A stretch of DNA of 64,000 nucleotides from assembly GCA_902825985.1 (NCBI GenBank), contig CADEDC010000012.1, positions 29,602 through 93,601 on the forward strand, read 5' to 3'. This document shows positions 47,877 to 55,999 of the stretch, piece by piece. The notes below the pieces were generated by a model. It saw only the letters and a program-made list of their open reading frames with translations. It was not told where the DNA came from and made no database searches. How positions within the stretch are numbered: position 1 is the stretch's first letter; the number at the start of each line of letters is the position of its first letter. Source of the DNA: an uncultured Acidobacteriota bacterium (GTDB taxonomy: Bacteria; Acidobacteriota; Vicinamibacteria; Vicinamibacterales; CAVVIG01). A program made the position numbers and the translations under genes.

Positions 47877-48356
47877 GTGATGAACCAGCGGAATGGCCAT
47901 GAAGCGCTCGCACGTCCCCTGACCGGGGCGGTCACCGACCTGCCGCTTCCGATGCCCGAGCATTGGCGTCAGGCGTCGGTGGCCCAGAAGAACCTTCGGG
48001 AACTGGGTATGCCGCGGGTCAACATGCTGTTCGTCGGCGCCGACGATGCGGCGTGGCACCTGCTGTCTGGCAGTCTGGGCCTCGCGTCTCCGGTGGCCAG
48101 CTGGCGTCCCGGCGACGCGATGCACCTTCCCGAGAGCGCTGCCGTCCGCACGCTGGTCATCCGTGAAGTCGGGAGAATGACCGGGGCCGAGCAGGTTCGG
48201 CTGCTCGACTGGCTCGATCGAGCGGTCGGGCGCACCCAGGTGGTGTCGACGTCCACAGTGCCGGTGCTGCCGCTGGTCGAGGAGGGGCGGTTCATCAACA
48301 CCCTCTACTACCGGTTGAACACGGTGTGTGTGGACCTCAGCACGCCGGCGCTGTGA
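47877..48356 (+). CDS. stand-alone degenerate sigma-54-activator AAA+ remnant (no Walker A, no GAFTGA)
   Basis: 159 aa with high GC3. RTLVIREVGRMTGAEQVRLLDWL aligns to the GTLFLDEIG.M....Q..LL..L block of bacterial enhancer-binding proteins. TQVVSTSTVPVLPLVEEGRFINTLYYRLNTV aligns to the VR.IA.T...L...V..G.FR.DLYYRLNV block. The Walker A position reads MLFVGADDAAW. Confidence 0.5.
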   Translation: MMNQRNGHEALARPLTGAVTDLPLPMPEHWRQASVAQKNLRELGMPRVNMLFVGADDAAWHLLSGSLGLASPVASWRPGDAMHLPESAAVRTLVIREVGRMTGAEQVRLLDWLDRAVGRTQVVSTSTVPVLPLVEEGRFINTLYYRLNTVCVDLSTPAL

Positions 48357-48366
48357 CGCCGGCCGG

Positions 48367-49023
48367 TCAGTGCGACATCGAGGGTCCGATGGCGAAGACC
48401 TGCGTCCACCCTTCGGCCTGCGGCAGTCGAACCGGTGCGGTGGTGACCTGGGCACCACCGGCATGCCGCCAGATCGACACATGCAGCACCGTGCCGTCGA
48501 GCAGGCGTGCATGCTCCTCATCGTTCTGGTAGGGTTCCGCCGGCATCGTGGGATCGGGCTCCTGGAGGATCATCAGCCACGCCGGTGCCGCGGCGCGATC
48601 CGGCAGACCGAGATAGTTCACCGTCGGTCCGTTCCGCATCATCCGCCACGCATACTGAGCACCCCGGTTCGTCGGATCGGGAACGAACGGTTCGATGCCC
48701 AATTCCGCCAACGCCGCCACGGCGGGCCAGCTGCCGCTCACCGACCGCAGGTTCTGCGCCTCGAGCAGTGCGACCTGTAGCATCCGAAACATCTGCTGCT
48801 CAACCACGGTGTGGCCCTGGATGAGGGTCTGATACGGCAGCAGGTTGCGACCGGCCGCCGACCCCTCGTCACGCGCCGCGCGGGCCTGCGCTGCCAGGTA
48901 CAGCCCCACTGCCACCAGCAGGACCACGGCAGCCCGGATGACTGCCCGTAGCTCGGCGCGCGGTGAGAGCGCGGCGATCTCGACCTGGCGGATGCCCGGC
49001 GACGCGGCGGCGTCCGCGGTCAT
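48367..49023 (-). CDS. membrane-anchored protein of unknown function (metal-operon paralog 1)
   Basis: One TM helix, AAVVLLVAVGLYLAA. The C-terminal block PAWLMILQEPDPTMPAEPYQNDEEHARLLDGTVLHVSIWRH...AEGWTQV is shared with 51636-52307. The start overlaps the permease stop (ATGA). Confidence 0.65.
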   Translation of the reverse strand: MTADAAASPGIRQVEIAALSPRAELRAVIRAAVVLLVAVGLYLAAQARAARDEGSAAGRNLLPYQTLIQGHTVVEQQMFRMLQVALLEAQNLRSVSGSWPAVAALAELGIEPFVPDPTNRGAQYAWRMMRNGPTVNYLGLPDRAAAPAWLMILQEPDPTMPAEPYQNDEEHARLLDGTVLHVSIWRHAGGAQVTTAPVRLPQAEGWTQVFAIGPSMSH

Positions 49024-49922
49024 CCGGCGTCCGGCTGCTCGGCCCGCGATCCGCGGCGACGCGCCAGGCGGCCGATGGCGAGGGTGAGAAAGAAGATCGC
49101 GCTGGCGGCCAGCACGACCGCGCCGCCGGTCGGCACCAGAAGCCTGGTCGACACGCCGAGACCGCCGACGCCGGCCATGAACGCGACGATCACGCTCCAG
49201 ACGAAGTACTGCCGCGTGCCGCGGGCGATGTTGCGCGCCGAAGCCGCCGGCACCAGGACCAGCGCCTCCACCAGCAGCGCCCCGATGACCTTCAGGCTGA
49301 CGACGATCGACAGCGTCAGCAGAATGGCGAAGAAATACTCGAGGAACGCCGACTCGGCGCCCGCGACCGACGCCAGCGGCGGGCTGAGGCTATCGAGCAG
49401 CAGCTTGTTGTACTGTCGAACCAGCAGCACGGCGACGACGATGCCGACGGCGAGCAACAGGAGCAGATCGCCGTCGGTGACCGTCAGCAGGCTGCCGAAC
49501 AGCACCGACTCGACCTGATGGACGTTGAACTGCCGCGTCAGCAGTACGAGCAGGCACAGCCCGAGTCCGAGCGTCAGGGCGTGAAACACGCCGATGAGCG
49601 TGTCGGGCGGCAGGGTCGAGTGCCGCTTCACGTACACCATGCCGAGAGTGGTGATCAGGCAGAAGCCGAACATGCCGCCGTACGGGGCGTTCAGCGGTTC
49701 GCCGAGAAGCAGCCCGATCGCGACGCCGGTGAGCGCCGCCTGGCCGAGCGCGGCGCTGAAGAACGCCATGCGGCGGGTGACCACGAGGTGGCTGAGTCCA
49801 CCGAGAATCGGTGCCAGGACGAGGACGCACAGGAATCCGCGCACCAGGAACGGGTACTGGAAGTCCGACGGCAGCAGCCCGTTCTGCGCCAGCCCGCCGA
49901 CCCAGGCATAGAAGGCCGACAT
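49020..49922 (-). CDS. metal ABC transporter permease (ABC-3 / ZnuB-TroCD type)
   Basis: The ATG at 49922 gives MSAFYAWVGGLAQNGLLPSDFQYPFLVRGF... The protein has about 8 TM helices with the typical ABC-3 layout. Confidence 0.9.
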   Translation of the reverse strand: MSAFYAWVGGLAQNGLLPSDFQYPFLVRGFLCVLVLAPILGGLSHLVVTRRMAFFSAALGQAALTGVAIGLLLGEPLNAPYGGMFGFCLITTLGMVYVKRHSTLPPDTLIGVFHALTLGLGLCLLVLLTRQFNVHQVESVLFGSLLTVTDGDLLLLLAVGIVVAVLLVRQYNKLLLDSLSPPLASVAGAESAFLEYFFAILLTLSIVVSLKVIGALLVEALVLVPAASARNIARGTRQYFVWSVIVAFMAGVGGLGVSTRLLVPTGGAVVLAASAIFFLTLAIGRLARRRGSRAEQPDAG

Positions 49923-50704
49923 CAGTGCCCGCTCCGGCCGGCGGACCGGGCGCGCGCCATCGGCGGCCGCTCGGGACTGCCGGCACCGCCGGTCCTCGAG
50001 ACGCCGGACGGCAACAGCGCCCTCACATGGTCGAGAGCGAGCGTCTCGGTGGCCGCCCCCTGACCGATCACCGACCGGTCGAGCACGGTCACGCAATCCG
50101 CCAGCCGCCGCACCTGATCGAGATCGTGCGAGACCATCACCACGGTGGTACCGGCGGCCTTGACGTCCGCGAGTACCTGCTCGAGCCGACCGACGCCGCG
50201 TTCATCGAGTCCGGCACCTGGCTCGTCGAGAATCAGCAGTTCCGGACGGGGATCGAGCGCGTGGGCGAGCAGGACGCGCCGCAGCTCGCCGCCCGACAGC
50301 ACGGAGAGCGGCCGCGTCTCGAGACCGGCGAGGCCGACCTCGCGCAGCAGCGTCGCAATCCGCTGCCGCGTGGCGGGACGCACGCCGAAACACACCGGCA
50401 GCCGCTGGCGTGTCAGCGCCAGAAAGTCCTCGACGGTCACCGGCAGGCTGGCATCCACCGAGAACGCCTGCGGCACGAAACCGATGTTGCCGGTGCCGCG
50501 CCAATGCGCGACGATGCGCCCGGCGAAGGCGGCCTGCCCCAGCAACGCAGCCAGCAGCGTGGTCTTGCCGGCCCCGTTCGGACCGACAATGACATGGATG
50601 GTCTGCGGCTGGATCGAGAACGTCACATCCGCAAGCAGCAGTTCGCGATTGCGCCGCAACGAGACGCCGACGAACTCGATGAGCGGCGGAGCCGGCGTCG
50701 TCAT
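49922..50704 (-). CDS. metal ABC transporter ATP-binding protein
   Basis: Walker A is GPNGAGKTTL, the signature is LSGGELRRVLLA, and Walker B is LLILDEP. Confidence 0.9.
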   Translation of the reverse strand: MTTPAPPLIEFVGVSLRRNRELLLADVTFSIQPQTIHVIVGPNGAGKTTLLAALLGQAAFAGRIVAHWRGTGNIGFVPQAFSVDASLPVTVEDFLALTRQRLPVCFGVRPATRQRIATLLREVGLAGLETRPLSVLSGGELRRVLLAHALDPRPELLILDEPGAGLDERGVGRLEQVLADVKAAGTTVVMVSHDLDQVRRLADCVTVLDRSVIGQGAATETLALDHVRALLPSGVSRTGGAGSPERPPMARARSAGRSGH

Positions 50705-51591
50705 CCCTCGGTGACCAGCGCCCGGATCATCGTCTCGACGTTGGTCTGCATCTCGCGCTCGAACCGCTCCGGCGTGTACGGGCCCGAGGCAATGTGGCTG
50801 ATGATGTAGACCTTCACGCCGGCCTCGTCGCGCAGCACCTTGAGCAGCGGCTCGGGAAACGTCTCTTCCGTGAACACGATCCGGATCTTCTCGCGCTGCA
50901 GCAGCCGGACCATGTCGCGCAGCTCGGCCGCCGACGGCGTCAGACCGTGCGCCGGCTGCACGACGCCGCCGATCTCGAGGCCGAACTCCTGCAGCAGATA
51001 GCCGTAGCCGTCGTGGACCGTGACGACGCGGGTGACCTTCGCATCGGCGAGCTGGACCGCCGCCTTCGACTTGATCAGCCGCAGCCGTCGCGCATAGTCG
51101 CCGGCATTCTGCTGCAACGCCGCCGCGTCACGCGGTCGCAGGCCGGCGAGCGCCTTCTGAATCGCGTAGGTCTGCTGAATCGCGTTGGTGAACGAGATGA
51201 AGGTGTGCGAGTTGACGCTCGTGCCGTTCGCCGTGCGGATCTGCGGCGTCGCCTCGTTCGGCCGAACGATCGTGACCTTCGAGTTCCCCGACGACTTGAT
51301 CATCGGGAAGATGAAGTCGTCGTGTCCGATGCCGTTGACGATGATGACGTCGAGGTCGACCAGCTTCTTGATGTCCTCGGGGCGCGGCTGATAGTCGCCG
51401 GCGTCGATATCGCCGGGCAGCAGCGCCCGCACCTCGTAGCCCGGCAACGTGCCGATGACGTTGCGGGTCCACGAATAGTACGGGTGCAGCGTGACGCCGA
51501 TCTTCAGCGTGCCGGGGGCGGTCTGTGACGAGGCGGTGCCGGCTATCGCGAGAATGAATGCGAGGGTCGATGTCGCAATCGTCCGAATCAT
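50701..51591 (-). CDS. metal ABC transporter periplasmic substrate-binding protein (TroA/ZnuA cluster-9 type)
   Basis: The ATG at 51591 gives the signal peptide MIRTIATSTLAFILAIAGTASSQ. The blocks LKIGVTLHPYYSW, VIIVNGIGHDDF and VVTVHDGYGYLLQEFGL match this family. Confidence 0.9.
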   Translation of the reverse strand: MIRTIATSTLAFILAIAGTASSQTAPGTLKIGVTLHPYYSWTRNVIGTLPGYEVRALLPGDIDAGDYQPRPEDIKKLVDLDVIIVNGIGHDDFIFPMIKSSGNSKVTIVRPNEATPQIRTANGTSVNSHTFISFTNAIQQTYAIQKALAGLRPRDAAALQQNAGDYARRLRLIKSKAAVQLADAKVTRVVTVHDGYGYLLQEFGLEIGGVVQPAHGLTPSAAELRDMVRLLQREKIRIVFTEETFPEPLLKVLRDEAGVKVYIISHIASGPYTPERFEREMQTNVETMIRALVTEG

Positions 51592-51635
51592 GATGAACCC
51601 CTGCCTGATGGGCGGTACGGCCCGACCCCGAGATG

Positions 51636-52307
51636 TTACTTCGTGGGGCTCGGCACCGGGTCGAACGGCTGGGCCAGCGGATTGAGCGGCGCAATCAGCA
51701 CCTGGGTCCAACCGGCGGCTTCCGGCGCCGCCACGAACGCCGGATCCAGCTGTCCGCCGAAGCGATGCGTCCAGACCGACACGTGGAGGACCGTCCCGTC
51801 CGGCAGTCGATGATGTTCTTCGTCATTGGGCGCCGTGTCGGTCGGCACGCCCGGCTCCGGTTCCTTGATCGCGATGAGCCAGGCCGGCGACGCGTCGTCG
51901 CCGATCGGCCGGCCCACGTAGTGCGCGATGACGCCCTGCTGCTGCAGTTCCCAGCGGTAGGCGACCGGTGGTGCGGACGTCGCACCCGGCGTCGCCGTCG
52001 GCAGGTTGGTGAGCGCCGGGGCGTCGGGCCAGCGGCCGGTCGCCGCCCGTGTCGCTTCGGCATCCACCAGCACCTGCTTCAACGTCGTGAACATCGCCTG
52101 GTCGGCGGCAACCAGATCGCGCATCAGCACCTGGAATGGCAGCAGTGTGCCGGTGTCACTGCTGGTGGACCGCAGGCCGAAGTAGACGCCGACCAGCAGC
52201 AGGATGCCGGCGGCCAGTGCCATGACGCGGAACTTCTCCTGGCCGCCGGATCGGCCGATGGTGGAGCCGCCGGCAGCCGCCGGCCGCTGTTCGACCTGGC
52301 CGCTCAT
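51636..52307 (-). CDS. membrane-anchored protein of unknown function (metal-operon paralog 2)
   Basis: The ATG at 52307 overlaps the upstream stop (ATGA). The TM helix is VMALAAGILLLVGVYFGL. The block PAWLIAIKEPEPGVPTDTAPNDEEHHRLPDGTVLHVSVWTH...AAGWTQV is paralogous to 48367-49023. Confidence 0.65.
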   Translation of the reverse strand: MSGQVEQRPAAAGGSTIGRSGGQEKFRVMALAAGILLLVGVYFGLRSTSSDTGTLLPFQVLMRDLVAADQAMFTTLKQVLVDAEATRAATGRWPDAPALTNLPTATPGATSAPPVAYRWELQQQGVIAHYVGRPIGDDASPAWLIAIKEPEPGVPTDTAPNDEEHHRLPDGTVLHVSVWTHRFGGQLDPAFVAAPEAAGWTQVLIAPLNPLAQPFDPVPSPTK

Positions 52308-53626
52308 GTGGTGCGGCCGTCCCGCGCGCCGCCGGGCAGTCGGGTCGCCCGGGCCATCACCGTCATGAGCGCGAGAAATGCCGCCACGGCCAGGACCGGC
52401 CAGTGCGCCACCAGCAACGCCACGGCCGGCTGCTGGTCCCAGGGATTCCGCTGGCCGAGCCGACCGGCCACGTCGACCACCACATGGGCGGCCTCGTGGG
52501 CCGGCAGGGCACACAATGCCGCCGTGACGAGCCACTCCGGTGCGCGCAGCCGATACGGCAGTCGCAGCAGCGACAGCAGGATGGCCAGCAGCGCGCCGGC
52601 CGAGACCGTCACGAGCCCGGCAAATGCCGTCACCGCCAGCCCGCCGTTCGAGCCGGCCAGCGGCAGCAGTTCGTGCACCGCCGAACCGAGCAGGATGCCC
52701 GACGCGAGCCCGAAGATGGCCGCGACGATGACGCTGGACAGGCGGCCGCTGCCGATGATGTTCTGCACCGCAGCGACAATCACGGCGGCGCCGGCGACGA
52801 ACTGCGCCAGGTAGAACATGTCGTCGCTCGTCGCGGCGGTCCTCACCGCGACGAGGCCGAGCGCAACCGCATGCACGGCGGCGAACACCGCGAACGGTGC
52901 ACGTGTCGCGTCCAGCCGTCGAACCGGAACCGCCAGGCAGAGGATGAAGAGCCACAGCAGCCGCTGGTTGCCCAGCTGATCGACGCCGCGCCGCGCCAGC
53001 GTCGCGATCGCGTCACCGAGCGGCGGCTCGAAGGCGACCCGCTGCGGCGGCCCGCTGACCGCGAGGGTCCGCGGAGCACCGGACGCCGGGATGTAGGTGG
53101 CGCGCGTCTGGAAGAAATCGCCGCCAAGCCGCAGCCCGTTCAACCGCGCGGTGATCTGCGGGGCGGCGGAGGCCAGCGCGTACGCGTACTGAATGTCCAC
53201 GTACGCCTCATTCCAGTACACCGGCTGGTCGGCGGGAATGGCGGGGCCGGACAACCGCGCCGCCGCCGACTCGTAGCTGGCAAAGGACCGGTCGGTGAAC
53301 GTCGACAGGATCCAGGCCGTGCGCTCCGGCGTCAGCGGCCGTCCGCCGTCGCTGACCTCGAGACTGCGGGCCACCTCCGCCGCGACACCCTTGAGGGCGC
53401 CGTCGATCGCTGACAGGTCGAGCATCGTCGTCTGCACCGTCGGCAGGCGGGCGTCGAGCAGGATGGCGGTCGGCACCCGCACGACGACGTGCAGCCGTGC
53501 CCCGTCGACCTTGAAAAAGGCAATGACCTCGGGTGGCAACCGATGGGCGACACCAACGCGTGGCGCCAGGACGACCCAGAGAAACAGGAACCAGACAATC
53601 AACCGGCGAACGGGCACGATGGCCAC
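52304..53626 (-). CDS. HupE/UreJ-like membrane protein with a ~200-aa periplasmic N-terminal domain
   Basis: The start is a GTG. The signal peptide ...VVLAPRVGVA is followed by His, so a mature N-terminal His is predicted. The C-terminal half has 5-6 TM helices with a HupE_UreJ_2-like block FAVFAAVHAVALGLV. The family assignment is from memory. Confidence 0.55.
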   Translation of the reverse strand: MAIVPVRRLIVWFLFLWVVLAPRVGVAHRLPPEVIAFFKVDGARLHVVVRVPTAILLDARLPTVQTTMLDLSAIDGALKGVAAEVARSLEVSDGGRPLTPERTAWILSTFTDRSFASYESAAARLSGPAIPADQPVYWNEAYVDIQYAYALASAAPQITARLNGLRLGGDFFQTRATYIPASGAPRTLAVSGPPQRVAFEPPLGDAIATLARRGVDQLGNQRLLWLFILCLAVPVRRLDATRAPFAVFAAVHAVALGLVAVRTAATSDDMFYLAQFVAGAAVIVAAVQNIIGSGRLSSVIVAAIFGLASGILLGSAVHELLPLAGSNGGLAVTAFAGLVTVSAGALLAILLSLLRLPYRLRAPEWLVTAALCALPAHEAAHVVVDVAGRLGQRNPWDQQPAVALLVAHWPVLAVAAFLALMTVMARATRLPGGARDGRTT

Positions 53627-53765
53627 AGCTTACCACCCCGGCGTGCTACGATTCCGCCCCGTCCCCTGGGGCCTCGCGGACGATCGCCGTCACCGTGGCT
53701 CTCGTGTCTCGGCCGCGGGATGTCGGGCAGGCAGCTGCCCGCCGCCCGCCCGGAGTGATCGTCTC

Positions 53766-55784
53766 ATGCTGAAACACCGCCCGTCCGTTCGACGCAGCCT
53801 GCGGCCAACGCGCCGCGCGATGGTTGGACTCGCGATCACGACCGCGGTGGCCGTGGCGGTGGTCGCCGGCCCGGTCACCCTGCCGCTGCACGCGCAGCGT
53901 GCCGCCCCACCCGGGGACTGGCGCCACTACGCCGGTGACGCGGCGAGCACGAAGTATTCGCCGATCGATGGCATCGACACGAGCAACGTGGCGAAGCTGC
54001 AGATTGCCTGGCGCTGGTCGTCGCCCGACAATGCGATCGCCCGGGCCACCCCAGCGGCACGCCCCGGCTCCTATCAGGACACGCCGATCGTCGCCAATGG
54101 CGTGCTCTATACGGAGACGTCCCTCGGCCTGTTCGTGGCCATCGATCCGGCGAGCGGCAAGGAGCTGTGGCAATACGACCCGGGCAGCTGGAAGCTCGGA
54201 CGGCCGCCCAACCTCGGCTACACGCACCGCGGACTCGCCTACTGGACCGACGGCAAGATCGAACGGCTGATCAGCGGGACGCACGATGCCTACCTCCTGT
54301 CGCTCGACGCCAGGACCGGCAGGCCGGATCCGGCATTCGGCACGGCGGGGCGCGTCGACGCCGCGCAGTACGTCGCGCTGGCCGAGCGGATGAAGAACTA
54401 CGCCATCAACTCGGCACCGGTCATCGTCAGGAACGTCATCATCGTCGGTTCGAACATTCCGGACAACGCGCTCAGCAAGGAGGCGCCGCGCGGCGACATC
54501 AGTGGCTACGACGTCCGCACCGGCAAGCGCCTGTGGACGTTCCGGTCGATTCCGCAGCCCGGCGAGTTCGGCCATGACACCTGGGAGAAGGGGTCGTTCG
54601 AGTACTCGGGCAACACCAACGTCTGGTCGATGATGAGCGTCGACGAGGAGCTCGGCTACGTCTACCTGCCGTTCGGCACACCGACCAACGACTACTACGG
54701 CGGCGACCGGCCGGGCGGCAACCTCTTCGCCGAGAGCCTCGTCTGCCTCGACGTCACCACCGGCCGGCGGGTGTGGCACTTCCAGGGGGTGCACCACGGC
54801 CTGTGGGACTACGACTTCCCGGCGCCGCCGATCCTCGGCGACATCACCGTCGGCGGCAAGCGCATCAAAGCCGCGATTCAGGTCAGCAAGCAGGGCTGGG
54901 TGTACGTGTTCGATCGCAGGACCGGCTCACCGGTGTGGCCGATCGAAGAGCGGGCGGTGCCGCAGTCGACCATGGATGGCGAGACGTCGGCCAGAACGCA
55001 GCCGTTCGTCACGACGCCGCCGGCATTCGAGCAGCAGGGCTTTGGCGAACAGGACCTCATCGACTTCACGCCGGAACTGCGCGCGCATGCCGCGGAGGTG
55101 CTGAAACAGTTCGATCACGGGCCGCTGTTCACGCCGCCGACCGAACGCGGGGCCATTCAGGCGCCGGGCAACGTCGGCGGAGCGAACTGGGGTGGCGCGG
55201 CATTCGATCCGGCCACCGGCATGCTGTACGTGCCGTCGATCAACCACCCGATCGTCGTGCAACTCGTGAAGGGCGATCCGGCGCGCGGCAACGTGCGCTA
55301 TCGGCGAGGCGGCGTGCAGAACGTGCCGACGGTCGACGGCCTCCGGATCTGGAAGCCGCCGTACAGCAGCGTCACCGCGTTCGACCTGAACAAAGGGACC
55401 ATCGCGTGGCGCGTACCGCTCGGCGACGGGCCGCGCAATCATCCGCTGCTGAAGGACCTGAACCTGCCGCGCCTCGGATCGATGATGCGCGGCGCGGCGC
55501 TGGTCACCGGGTCGCTGCTGTTCGTCAACGAGATCGGCGCCGGTCTCGGGGTGGGAGAGCCGCGACCGGTCGGCGGACGGCCGCTGTCGAAGCTCGAGCC
55601 CGAGCCGCCGATGTTCCGGGCCTTCGACAAGGCCACGGGCGACCTGGTGTGGCAGACGCCGCTGCCGCTGCGGCCGGCGGCATCGCCGATGACCTACCTG
55701 CACCAGGGACGTCAGTACGTCGCGATGGCAATCGGCGGCGGCGCGGATGCCGGGATCGTCGCCTACGCACTGCCCACGCCGTAG
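53766..55784 (+). CDS. PQQ-dependent dehydrogenase (glucose/quinate/shikimate-type quinoprotein), copy 1
   Basis: The ATG at 53766 gives a signal-like N-terminus. The blocks are GDWRHYAGDAASTKYSPIDGIDTSNVAKLQIAWRW, DTWEKGSFEYSGNTNVWS, GGDRPGGNLFAESLVCLD and HHGLWDYDFPAPP. There is no vicinal Cys-Cys pair. Confidence 0.9.
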   Translation: MLKHRPSVRRSLRPTRRAMVGLAITTAVAVAVVAGPVTLPLHAQRAAPPGDWRHYAGDAASTKYSPIDGIDTSNVAKLQIAWRWSSPDNAIARATPAARPGSYQDTPIVANGVLYTETSLGLFVAIDPASGKELWQYDPGSWKLGRPPNLGYTHRGLAYWTDGKIERLISGTHDAYLLSLDARTGRPDPAFGTAGRVDAAQYVALAERMKNYAINSAPVIVRNVIIVGSNIPDNALSKEAPRGDISGYDVRTGKRLWTFRSIPQPGEFGHDTWEKGSFEYSGNTNVWSMMSVDEELGYVYLPFGTPTNDYYGGDRPGGNLFAESLVCLDVTTGRRVWHFQGVHHGLWDYDFPAPPILGDITVGGKRIKAAIQVSKQGWVYVFDRRTGSPVWPIEERAVPQSTMDGETSARTQPFVTTPPAFEQQGFGEQDLIDFTPELRAHAAEVLKQFDHGPLFTPPTERGAIQAPGNVGGANWGGAAFDPATGMLYVPSINHPIVVQLVKGDPARGNVRYRRGGVQNVPTVDGLRIWKPPYSSVTAFDLNKGTIAWRVPLGDGPRNHPLLKDLNLPRLGSMMRGAALVTGSLLFVNEIGAGLGVGEPRPVGGRPLSKLEPEPPMFRAFDKATGDLVWQTPLPLRPAASPMTYLHQGRQYVAMAIGGGADAGIVAYALPTP

Positions 55785-55999
55785 TCGGCGCGCCGGGTCA
55801 CGAATCCTGCGCGACGTCAATCAGCCGATGCGGCGGCGTCGGCTCACCCCCCGACGCAGACCTTCGGGCTCGGGCTGTCCGCGCCGCTCGCGTGGTGAGG
55901 CCGCGTCGGTGTTTCGCCTACCTGCTCACCGTGATTCCGCACCCGCGCGTCGCGTGAAACAATCGGCGGCCTTCGCTCCCCCGCTCCCAGGAGGCCTTC

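Noticed and set aside
53295-53765. An N-terminal extension of the first PQQ dehydrogenase ORF; the track start at 53295 gives 829 aa.
   Set aside because: The extension overlaps the HupE-like gene on the opposite strand and reads as Arg/Ser/Thr-rich noise. The ATG at 53766 yields a signal-like N-terminus directly followed by the conserved GDW..Y motif.
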